Source: Podarcis melisellensis (taxonomy: Eukaryota). From it: 64,000 bases of DNA. The stretch is from the NCBI GenBank assembly GCA_964234715.1, contig OZ174275.1. One strand, given 5' to 3'. Under the pieces are notes generated by a model. It saw nothing but the letters and a program-made list of their open reading frames with translations. It was not told the origin of the DNA and ran no database searches. Position 1 is the stretch's first letter. Every line of letters starts with the position of its first letter. Of this stretch, positions 1 to 11,040 are shown piece after piece. A program made the position numbers and the translations under genes.

Positions 1-59
1 TCCTGTAGGAAACATTATGTGATCCACTTTCTGTCGGCTGGGCTGCTTTCTTATCAACT
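1..59 (-). CDS. NCKAP5: NCKAP5 next coding exon, truncated by window edge ((R)VDKKAAQPTESGSHNVSYR...)
   Basis: cactttccacctacag|A GTT GAT AAG; completes the phase-2 codon AG+A; matches recalled VDKKAAPQTESGS. Confidence 0.93.
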
Positions 60-1632
60 CTGTAGGTGGAAAGTGATTCCTCTGATAAATTACATTGCCC
101 TTCTTCAATCACTCTACTTTCACCATTCCTTTAATGTTTAACGTAACCTCCCTGCATCTTTCTCCCTGTAGACCTGTGAGTGATAAATGTTTCTAACTAG
201 CCTTGATCAAATCTGTCACTTGCAATTTCAGGTACTATATCAATTTAGTCTTTCAACATATAATGATTTATTTTAAATTTTCTATGACTGGGAGGCAAAT
301 TGGAAAACACACTGAACCATTATTGCCAAATGTCTTTGTGGTCTAAGGTAGCCTAATGTACTTAATTCTGGTTGGTTGCTGTATGTATTTACTAACAATT
401 AACAATAGCAAATTTTTAGAAGACCTTAAAAACAAAACAAAACCAGGCAATGCATTTCCTCCCATACTGCTATGCCTACAGGGTTTTTTCCTAGGAAAAA
501 AATAACCTTCTATGGCTTAATATTTGTATTAGCTTTTATAAGTCTTTCTATTCTTTAATTTCAGAGCCCACTGACCTGGTTAACAAAGAGCAGATACAAA
601 TGATCGGAGCAGCCATGTGGTATAGTTTTTACTGGGCTATGCTATTCTAGGAGGCAGGTGGTAGTAGAGGGGTTTCAATTCTGAATGCATGGCCATATGC
701 TTTTAAAAAGCTCTCTTGCTATAAAAATAGTATGCCACGGAAAAGTCTAGGCTCCTTGACATCCTACTCTCTGACATCCTAATATTGCCTGATTTTTCAC
801 AAAAGGAATGATCATTTTACAGGTATGGTGTATCCAGTTATCCAGAATCTTGAAATGGTTTATTCATTTTATGTTCTATATCCTAATTTTCTACCTCACG
901 GGCGTCAGCACAAGTAGCTGCAATGGAAAACAGACAGACAGAATAACTAAAGCAAATAATAATAAACAAAGTGGACTAAATAACAGAAGAAACCACGAGA
1001 AAAGAGACAAATTAAACAAACCATTTGTCTGCTGAAATCCTGTGGAGCTGGGTGGTAGTACTGAGGTGGTATAAAAATGCTGCTAAAGTGGGAGTTGAGC
1101 TAATCTCACTAAGAAAGGAACTTCATATCCCAAGTGCTACCAGAAAGAAAGCTCTCCCTTGTGTCATCACCAGTCAAATCCCTGGGATTGACGAGACATG
1201 GAGAAGGCTGTGCAGATGCTAGGCCATATAGGGTGTTACAGGGCTCCTCATCTACAGCTGGAATCTAGAGATAAATGAGAGTCAATTTGTGGAAAGTTTG
1301 TGGGGTCGTGTTTTTTGGGGGATGAACAGCTTACATGCTCATTGCAAGGTGCTTCCAGCTACTCGGTGCTCCTTGCAAGTTACTTTTTAATGTCAGCAGG
1401 ATTTTATATAGCAGCTTGTGATGTGCCATAGTAAAAGGGATGAAAAGGGATGCTGTTTGGAAAGAGAAAACAGCCACACTGTACATATTGTGAGGGCATG
1501 CTTGATCGTGGCATAGTAAAGTGTGTTCTTTGTGCTTTCCTACTAAAGAAACTAAGATGGGAGTTTGAATGAAATGAAATCTACATGCCTTCACAATATC
1601 TATATCTCAATCTACATTTCCAAAAACCTTAC

Positions 1633-4600
1633 CTGTGTAAAAGCTCTTTCATAAAGCTGTCTTTTCCCGAGTGTGTGGTGGCAGAGCTGTTCTTTTGTTC
1701 GCACCCAGTTTGGCTGAGGTTATTGTGTGTGGCTTTTGTCATTTTTTTCCCTTTTGGAACACTGTCTAAAATACCACAATTCAGAGTTTTCTTATTTATC
1801 TCGTTTTCTGCTTCACAGTGCTGTTCAGTCTTCTTTTTGTCTTTTCTTTTTTCCGATTTTGTTTGCTTGCTTCCAAAAGCTAAACCCTTCGGCTCTTTCT
1901 TTTCTATTTTTACTTTAGAAACATCAGCTTTTCTACCACTCAAGGCTGGGAGCTTACTCTTTCGAAAACCAAACCAGCTAGCAATAGAAGGCCCCCCACT
2001 CTTTTGTTTAGGCTCAGTGGTAGGGCATTTGCTCTGCCCTTGTTCCTTCTGCATATTTTCCTGGATGCACAACATGACTTTTTCTTCTATCGTGGGCTGT
2101 AAAACAGATGAAGCTGAAACCTTCTCCAAGGCTTCAGATGCCTTTATGCAGGCTTCTTGCAATACTACCTTGGCTGCTTCGTGTTTATGAGGAGATTGTG
2201 TGCTGTCCAGATTTTTCTGAAGTGGCAAAATTTGTTCTGATGAAATACTAGTTGATGACTCCAATGCCATTTCTGCTTGTGTAACACTTTTTCTGCTTAC
2301 TGGTTGATGCTTTGAAATTCCGCTGGCCTTTTCATCATGGAAAGATTTACTTTGGACATCTCTCTGAGATGGTGATTTGTTGTCCTCAGTTTTTGAAATG
2401 CTGCAGAATAAATCCCCCTTTGGAGACATATGGAATGGTAGTTTGCTTGGGCTACCAACTTGACTGCTGGAACTACTCATGCTTGCAGAAGAACCCTGTC
2501 TAGAATAAGAAGTTTCTGGAACTTTTGTCGTGTTTGAAACCGTATCTGACATCACTGCTGAACCAGGAACAGCTCTGATTTGTAATCCTTCCACAGCAGA
2601 GTTTTGCCTCGTTAAAGAATTCCCTCTTTCAGATGTGTTTGTTATGATCTGGGTCCGAACTTTTCCTAACCCTTCTGTGGAAGGTATAGGTGACTTTTCC
2701 CCTGTGTGAATACTGAAACTTTGACTTCGGGCCTTTGCTCCATTCATACCAAGAGCAGGCTTCAAGTATGCCTTACTACTAGAAGAAATGGATCTCTTAA
2801 CTAACCTGTTTTCCAACCCATCTCCTCGTTCTATTAAGCAGCAAGTCTCAGGTGAAACAGAGGAAGCTGGATTCATACCAAGATCCCCAGCAAAACTTTC
2901 TTTTATTCCATTCTCAGCACTCCTTAATTCAGTGTCAGCTACGTCTATGGTGGTTTGAGCTAAAGATTCACCCTGCCTCCGTTTGGATGAATTCACACAG
3001 CTTTTGGAGGCTGCATTCATACTGTCTTTTTCCTGCTTCCCTGGTATAGTGGAACTCTTTCTTAGGAGCTGAGGAGATTTTATGAGTAATTTAAGTCCTA
3101 CAGGCAGATGTGGTTTCAGACTCTTTTCTGGTATATTTCCAGCATCACTTCCCTGAGACAACAGTGATAATGGGGAGTGATTAATCTGAGGCAGAAAAGG
3201 TTTCCCAATCATTGCTGGCTGACAATCTGGTGATGTGGAGAATCTGTTTGGAAATTTATTTTTCTGAGGTACTTCAGTGTCCTTAGGCAGTAGTCCATTT
3301 TGCATTAGATCTGTATCTTGTGACGTGCAGTCTGGGGACACATCCTTGGAATTACGTTCTATATTATTGCAGGATACTGATTGGTTTGAGGTTTTAGGAG
3401 GAACTTTCTTTGTAAACACTTTGGGAATGACTTGGCACATTGTGGAGGGTTGCTCTGATATGCATTTGCTTTGTGTAAACACCTCTCCTTTCTCATTGAA
3501 GTGATTTAATTTGACTTTATGTGTTGAAGGGAGCTTGTTAGTTGGCATTCTATGCACATTATGAAAAATGGACATTGAGGCCGTTTTCAGTGGTGACATG
3601 ACTGGACTTTTTACTGTCTCACTGGGAATGCTTGCTCCTGGCTTATTGGGTACAGGTGGTGAATAGTCATAGTTTGGTCTTATCAATAGTGACGTTGACC
3701 TGCCTGGAGGAGGTGGTGGTGATGGAGATCTAGCTTCTACAGCAGGCAAATCACAATGGATATCTCTAGTAGGTGGTTCTTCACAGTCAATTGACTCAAT
3801 AAGATGTTGATGCAATGAAGCTGATTCTGGGACCTGATTCTTGGGCCAATCTGTTCTGTCAAGCATTTTAGAATTTTGCAGAGGGTGCACCCTTGAAATA
3901 AACAAATCTACTTTTGAATCAGTATTCTTAGTGGGACTCTGCACTTTTTTGAATCTTGAACATTTTACAGATTTCTCCAGTGTCATAGGACAGTGTGATG
4001 AGGTGCTAGTGGAATATTCATTCACTGTGATATTTGTTTTTTGTGGCGAGAACTTATCTCTGCTCGGAATTTTTGTCAATTTTTGGTTTTGGTTACTGCC
4101 TGCCTGCATACAAGATGGAGACCTAGGCTTGGAAGAAATACTGCAAACTGGCTTCATTAGCTTTTGCTGTGGGATGTTGTGAAACAGGGGTCTTTTGGGG
4201 AGTAAAGGAGACTGACTGTTGCATGTAGTAGGGTCAACTGCATGCTCATTCTCTAAGTTATTTGGGAGAGTCTTTCTCTCAATTTCATTATCAGGTGCTT
4301 GCAAAATGCTGTAGTTCTTAGCTTCCATTGCTTTTTGGAAATTAACTATTCCCTGAGGTAAACATTCAGTGTATTCTGCATTGGGCCCAGTACATGAGTG
4401 GTTGATTGAAATTTCATTTCTAGTTACAGTGACAACTCCAGATTGATGTGAACTGAATTCGATAGGTTTGCCATCTTCAGCATCAAATATAACAGTAATG
4501 CATTCTTCTGAAGAAGTCTTCTTTATAACTTTTTGTTGCTTAATGAAATTACATGCCTTTGGCCTAATGCCCGAGTGAGTGAGTACCTGACTTGCTTCTT

Positions 4601-5399
4601 TTTCTGAAGATACATGCTGGCAATTTTCCTTCTTTACACGCACATCAGAATTCTCTGTGTGCTTGTCAACAAAAGGAGTTAATGACAAATCTGATGGGCT
4701 TTTTTCATCACTGCTTTCTATATGTAATTCGTCCAGGATTTCATTGTCATCAGTATCTGAAAGGTGTAAATTAAGGTCTCTCCAGCTTATGCTAGCAAGA
4801 CTTTTATCTATTTGCAACACAGGCAGCTTCACATTTGTGCAAGATTTTCCTTTTGACTGAAATTCATTGACAAAACTAGTCAGTTTTTCAGGTCTCTCTT
4901 TTGAATTAAAATAAGAACCTCTTTCTGGCAAGTGCTTTCTATCAGGCTCCCAACCAAATAGGCTGTCAGAAACGCTGTGAGTTAATTTATTACAATAGTG
5001 CCTACAGTCTTTGCTCGGTACTTCATACAGTAATGCTAAAGATGAAGACTCATCATCCGCATCCTCATGTGAATCTGAATCATACACAAAGTTTTTCTGG
5101 TGATCAATGCAAATGGCCCCCATTTCCTCTGGTGTGCAATGTACCTCTTCTTTATGACTGCTGCACTTAATGCCAGGGGAGTATATTCCTTCATTAGAGT
5201 CCATGCAATCTTTGTATCCCCATTTGGATATAACAGAAGAAGGCGGTTCAAGTAATATTTTGCGTTTCTGTAACTTCTTTAGCCCTTCCAAAATGTGGTT
5301 TTCCTTGATACGAGTTGGAGGTAGATCATCAGCAGGACTGGAAAGGTTGCTGGGGAGCGAAGAACCAATGCTTATTCTTTTATCCCAGCTCACTGACGA
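1633..5399 (-). CDS. NCKAP5: NCKAP5 giant internal exon (3767 nt; SSVSWDKRIS...FMKELLHR), phase 0-2, Ser/Pro-rich
   Basis: Corresponds to ORF 1629..5393; acceptor cttttaaaatcag|TCG and donor CACAG|gtaagg; conserved blocks KWGYKDCMDSNEGIYSPGIK, KTSSEECITVIFDAEDG, SPSPPPPPGRS, KVRTQIITNT, PTIEEKVMLCIQEN, ASWFGFRKS. Confidence 0.97.
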
Positions 5400-5631
5400 C
5401 TGATTTTAAAAGAAGTAAGAAAGAGTTATTACCACAGAAATTAACAAACATTACTAAAAAAAGGACAATGTTGAGCTACTGACTTCTCTCTCATTGCTAT
5501 GGTTGTACATTGTACAACCATGCTAAAATGGCCACACTGTGGAGCTTGAGAAGGCCTATGGTTTTTATAGTATTTTTTTCCTACAGATAGTTCTGTTACA
5601 ATGCTATAATAAAAAGAGGACCTGGCATACA

Positions 5632-5768
5632 AGGGATCAAGGTCTGCAGCCCTCCAGATGTTGTGGGACTACATCTTCCATCAGCTAAAACCACTGGCTA
5701 TGCTGGTTGGGGCTGAAGGGAGTTGGTAGTCCAACAACATCTGGAGAGCACCGTGTTGGCTTCCCTTG
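5632..5768. mobile_element. hAT-type palindromic MITE (ccctccagatgtt...ggactaca family)
   Basis: Inverted ctccagatgttgt / acaacatctggag arms; same family as 18187-18323. Confidence 0.7.
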
Positions 5769-5972
5769 TTGCTCTCGTCAATTTTGTGTTCAAATTATGT
5801 GGCATCACATACAAATATCTTAAAATATTATAAGCTACTAAACTCATCCTGTGCGCCTCCATCTGGCCCATTTCAATGAGGCCTAGGAATGTAGACTCTA
5901 GCTAAAAGATTGCTTCTGTTGCTGGAGGTGCCTACAGTGTATTTCATATTTCAGTAAATATTAATAAGAACA

Positions 5973-6166
5973 GGTGTGGGGAGTGTTAACAAGAGGGGTA
6001 GTACCTCTGGTGGGGGACATGCTGTGCTCCTAATGGGCTGGTACCTCCACCTTTGGTCCCCACCCTGTACTCAGCTCTCACCTGTAGCTCCTAGAAGCTG
6101 TCTGCATGCAACAGTGGCCACACCCCGGGAAATTGCTTAGATTGGCCAGCTAAACCAGGTGAGGGT
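5973..6166 (+). ncRNA. Candidate HDV-like ribozyme at the 5' end of the retroelement (partly degenerate)
   Basis: P1 GGTGT 5973-5977 / ACACC(CC) 6120-6126; P2 6074-6084 / 6156-6166; L3 starting TCC 6089-6091 able to pair with GG 6127-6128; GCTAA 6149-6153 just before the P2 3' strand. Confidence 0.6.
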
Positions 6167-6697
6167 AGCAAATGGGTCTCAAACCCTCAGTGAGTTAGGG
6201 ACTTCCCCTGCATGTAAAGGCAGGCTCTGGTGGATTGAGTGGACAAGACCAATAGTGGGTCCAGTGGTCAAGAAGGCGGTTTCTGCACATATTGTAGAGG
6301 CAAGTGAGGGGGCTCAGGTAACTTGGAAAGAGAAGGAAAACTCTGATCCTAAACCTCTGCTGTTTGTGGGATATATTCGGGCAAAGAAAAGGCAAAGGAG
6401 TAAACCCTACACAAGTCTGGAGTGGAGTCCCTAAGATGGTTGGATGGCGCCTTGTACGCCTCCTTCTGGCAACTCCTGCAGCTAAGCTGGTGCCAAACGT
6501 ATTGCTCTGCTTCCCTCTGGACCACATCAGCAAGGCTGAGAGAAGGGTCTTGTTGTCTGGGCAGCCCAAGACCTCCCTACACACTGCCCAGGCTTGTGCC
6601 CCGAGGAGGTCAATTTGGTGCTGCTGATGCAGTGGTTCAACTTTATCCCCAGAGGTGCACTCCATTGCCTCTTGAGACAGACTGATGCCAACAACAA
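5973..6697 (+). mobile_element. Non-autonomous non-LTR retroelement, probably RTE-clade 5'UTR plus 3' end
   Basis: Perfect 10-bp TSD AATAAGAACA (5963-5972 / 6698-6707); short (CAA)n tail after GATGC; no RT ORF and no tRNA head. Confidence 0.75.
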
Positions 6698-6929
6698 AAT
6701 AAGAACAAAATAGCATAAAGGCTTGCTGGATCAGATCAAAGATCTATCTTGCCTAGCATCCTGTCACACAGATGCCTATTTGCAACTGTTAATGTAAATA
6801 TATATTTATGAAGTGTGTTTTTGATATTTATTTGCTGGTGTTGTGAGCTGCTTTGAACTGTTATTTGGAAAAGTGTCACATAAATAAACTTGATGATGAC
6901 AATGACAATAAATGAACCTATTTCATTAC

Positions 6930-7121
6930 CCTTTTACTGCATGCCTTCCCATCATTCCAAGTGTAGGAGGAGCCACTGGAATATTCACTGCAGGCACTTG
7001 ACAGAGAGAGCTCACTGCTGCTGCAGCTGCTTCGAGGATAAACTCGGTGAGGCCCTGTCATATTTAACTGGCTCTGGCACTTCAAGGCAGGTACTCCAGA
7101 TCTGATATTCTGCTGACATTC
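6930..7121 (-). CDS. NCKAP5: NCKAP5 coding exon (ECQQNIRSG...SSSELSLSSACSEYSSGSSYTWNDGKACSKR), phase 0-0
   Basis: tctttttctttttttag|GAATGT...AAAAGG|gtaatg; 192 nt open; conserved SELSLSSxCSEYSSGSSYTW motif. Confidence 0.95.
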
Positions 7122-7314
7122 CTAAAAAAAGAAAAAGAGAGAGATTGCTTTGTTTTATGGGTTAAAAAATTCCATACCACATTCTTATAAGAAAACAAAA
7201 CAGAAGCCCACATTTGCTGTTCATGCTGATATAAATAATTATTGAATGAATATTAAAACCACAGTGCTCATATTTCTTACCTATTATGAGATTAAAATAT
7301 CTAGAAACTTGCCA

Positions 7315-7353
7315 GTTGTTGTTGTTGTTGTTGTTATTATTATTATTATTATT
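7315..7353. repeat. (GTT)n(ATT)n microsatellite
   Basis: Read directly. Confidence 0.95.
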
Positions 7354-8399
7354 AAAATACATGCACATCCTAGTATTCAAGCTGGCCTTTCAATGACAAT
7401 CTGTTTGAAGTATGCTGTGTTTATTAGCAATGTGCTCCAGAAAGATACTGGAAACAAAGTTAAGCCAGTACAAGAACATCTTGACAAGTGCATTATATCC
7501 CCACAACGTAACAGATGAGGCCCTACAAAGTGGACAAGGTAAATTAATTTAGTGTCCCAACCAGAATGTCCACGGAGAATGGAATCTCTCCATTACAGTC
7601 TAATTTTGGTTTCCTATCTAGTTCAAAGCTTTGTCTAAGAAAGTCTCTGATGCAGGACAATCCATCTTTGTGTCACCGTCCGACAGCTGAAGCCTCCTGC
7701 TTATGCTATTTATTGACACTTTATGGCTGCCTTTAGTACTTGTGTAGTTATCGGCCCTCTCCAAATGCAATCTCAGCTGCTGTGACTAAATACCAGCTTC
7801 AAGGAAGAGAATAATGAAGAAAGAGAGTGGTGCTTTAGTAAAAACATTAAACCTTTGCTGGAGTTTGTGGAAGCATTTAATTTCTTTCCAGGCAAATCTT
7901 CTGCTTCCTAATATGGCAAAATATTATTGAAAATTCAGAATCTTCATGAATATGCGGCTATGAAATTCTTTCAACTTATGCAGAGGCACTGCATAACTTA
8001 TAAGTTATCAATAACAACAAGACTACATTTCCTTGACATTTTGCAACAAATTTCATTAATCTCAAAACCAGTTTTTCTCAACAACAAGAACTGAAAGCTG
8101 TGGAGGTGGATGCTTATACTTCTCTATCCCATTAAGAGTAGACACAAACCACCTAAATCCAGAGTCCCAAATGGATCTTCTGCATAATTAGGATTCCCTT
8201 CTTCATTAAAATGTTTTTCTTTCCCTTTCCTTAGAGGTGCCATTCTGAGTTGATGGGGTGAATGCTCACAATCCTGAAAAATCACTCAGGTTTGTCATGG
8301 ACTAAAATACTCAAGGTGCCTTGTGTGTAAATATGAATCTCAATCTTCATAGGCAACTTTGGGAAAATGTTGGACATGAAGTCCTCAGGATTGTAGGTT

Positions 8400-9100
8400 T
8401 TGCATGAAATTGGCTTCACTGTTCCATGCCTATTGAGCAATGGAGGAAATATGCATGGGTGATGACAGTGACACTTGACCTAAAGGCTACAGTGCTCAGC
8501 CTCTGTCTAATCAAGGGTTTAAAATCAGTTTATTGATGCTCATTTAGCTCACCACTGTAGCCAGACAATGGTCTAGAGCCTGCACAACCACTCCTGATTC
8601 AGATGTTACGGAGAAATAAAGCTATGCGTTATCAGCATGCTCCAGATTCTCTGATTCTCAACGGCTTCATATAGATGATAAAAAGCACTGAGGGAAAAAT
8701 AGTGCCCTGCAGCATCCCATAACATAGATGCCAAGGGACTGAGGAGCATTTTCCCAATGCTACTCTCTGGAGCCAAACCCGCAGGAAGGATCAGAACCAC
8801 CACAAACTGTGCCTGACTGTCACCCCACAGAACTGGTCTAGGAGAACACTATGGTCAATGGTATCAAAAGCTTTTCCCTTGTCCTGATCACTCTGGCTAA
8901 GGCAAATTCAGTCTCAAAACCAGGTCTAAATTTGACTGTAATGGATCTAGATAATCAGTGCCATTCAAGACTGTCTGCAGTTGCTCTGCCACAGCCTCTT
9001 CAATCACATTCTGAAGAAATGGCATATTAGCAATCAACCAGTCAATAACCATCACAGACTACGAGATCCGAGATGGGCTTTCTGAGATGGGCTTTCTAAG
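8400..9100 (-). mobile_element. Old L2/CR1-clade LINE reverse-transcriptase fragment; boundaries approximate
   Basis: Degenerate RT motifs in correct order: DYLDPLQS (~8930-8960), AFDTIDH (8851-8871), YGMLQGT (8701-8721), HADN for YADD (8628-8639). Confidence 0.8.
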
Positions 9101-10935
9101 GGCGGCATCTGAATGCTCCAACACACTTTCAGAATCATTCTGAGATCACAACTGACCACATCTTGGCAAATCACAAAAATACTGGTTGAGTTAGGAATTG
9201 ATAAGTAATGAGCCCAGTTCCCACAAGCAGTATTTCTGGATTGTAGTACTTCAGACTTTAAATCAGAGATGTTATCACATGGCTGAATGCTTTTCCATAA
9301 AAAAATATTTTCTAAATATGAAAAACTAGATATCAGGGAGGAGGTTAGGCTCGAACCTTTGCCCCTGACTTTCTGTTTGAAGGCATAGATCTGCTTCAGT
9401 GGAACATTCAACCTGCAGGGATAGTGAGCAGAACATGAAGACAGAAGTCATGTAGAGTCCAGTCCAATCTGCCAAGGTCTCCAATGTCATGTAAACTATC
9501 AACAAGAGAATATTTCTTCACTCAATTATGGGAGGAGCTGGGCTGAAATCCTATCCACACTTGTGTGAGAAAAAGACCCATAGAACACAGAAGGATTTGC
9601 TTGTGGATAAAAATGGAAAGGATTATGGTACCAGATAACTCTTATTTTTAAATTGGATCCCAACTTCTCTTTATGACCTCCCCCAGATTCTTCTAGTAGA
9701 GGGAATATTTTCATCCTTTCTATAGACATTAAATAGATATATAACAGATGGGATACAAAACAGCACCTAGCTTTTCTTATCTCAGAAAAAGAAAGAGAAT
9801 GACTAAGCAAGATAATATAATACACACACATTAAAGACAAGTCCGGAACATTGGAACAATATTCCATGCAACAGTGGATGTCTTCTTAAACTGCAGATTT
9901 AAAATGGCAGCAGCTTTTTTTTTTTTTACAGAGGGTGAATTTTCCTCCTAACAGCATCCTAATCATTTTCTTACATTTCCTTTAAAAGATCTCAAAGATC
10001 ACCCTTGTGGGGCATTAATTACATATATTTAACTTGTTCATTGGTTTATTAATTTGCTTTTCATGAGTGCACTCCCCCTCCCCTAATCATGGGTTTTAAA
10101 CCATCAACTTTCATAAAATCTGAGTACAAAAGCTGGCGCGGGATTATATTTTAAACACATAATTGTTAGTAGGAAGAAAAGACAATTGTCTAAATCAAGC
10201 TATTGCCAAGATGAAACTGGGTAGTTAGAATAATCTAACCTGAAGTCTAAATTACATATTGCATGGTAGGTCATTAACATCTTTCTGAACTTTTGGAACA
10301 ATTGCTTCTCTCCCCATCCCACCCCATTTAGAAACACTTTATCATACTTCAGCAAATTGCATTTTTGTTGAATTTTTATATTTAAACATAAAATGAATGC
10401 TTCCATTCTCATTTGCTTTAATTCTGCCTATATGCAACTTTTGTTTTTGAGTTACATTTTTCTTTTTCAATGAAAATGAAAGGCATACTAGTTAAAGTTT
10501 TGCCAAATAAGCACAAAAACTAAGCCCATCTGAAAAGGTGGTGTTTTTTTCCAGAGCCCATGAATTTTTAACAGTTCATACATAATATATCATAAAACAA
10601 GGATGAATGATACAGTGCACCGGCTTTAATAAAAAGCTCCTTGACCATTTCTCAGAAACTTTGAGATGTAATCAATACCCCAAAAAGGTATCTTGGGGAC
10701 ACTGCCAAGATTTATGCCTTTTTGCAAAAAGGGCACTTTTTTATTTCCTATATAGCCTGGGAAATTATAGTGAACTTCAGAGAAGAGAAGAAAATGCTGT
10801 TATCTCTACTTCCACTCTGTTTTAGGTTCAAGGATGAGTGTTATTTGTTCCTGCTTTCTCTCCCCTCCATTAAATCATACTTCATGGAGAGATAAGAATG
10901 TGCTAAATGAAGAAATCAAATTCAAGAAAACTCAC

Positions 10936-11040
10936 ATGAACCTGAACATCAGCACTTTGCAGCGGTATCAAACTTCTGTTCTTCTCTACCTCTAAAAGGA
11001 AATCCCCAGACGACAGATCTAAGATGCGCGAATGAAGCTT
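10936..11040 (-). CDS. NCKAP5: NCKAP5 coding exon (KLHSRILDLSSGDFLLEVEKNRSLIPLQSADVQVH), phase 0-0
   Basis: ttattttccccag|AAGCTT...GTTCAT|gtgagt; 105 nt; lies within ORF 10903..11118. Confidence 0.94.

Noticed and set aside
1585-2190. 201-aa plus-strand ORF and other antisense ORFs over the giant exon
   Set aside because: Phe/Ser/Leu-rich shadow frames of the Lys/Glu-rich NCKAP5 coding strand; no independent support.
1629-5393. The 1254-aa ORF as a stand-alone single-exon gene
   Set aside because: It starts at an internal GTG and its stop lies in the splice donor GTAA; flanking exons continue in phase.
6159-6716. Overlapping 87-173 aa ORFs inside the retroelement
   Set aside because: No endonuclease or RT motifs; expected by chance in GC-richer sequence.
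10940-10944. Alternative donor CAG|GTTCAT 6 nt upstream of the called donor
   Set aside because: Much weaker than GTGAGT, and the VH residues match the recalled ortholog.
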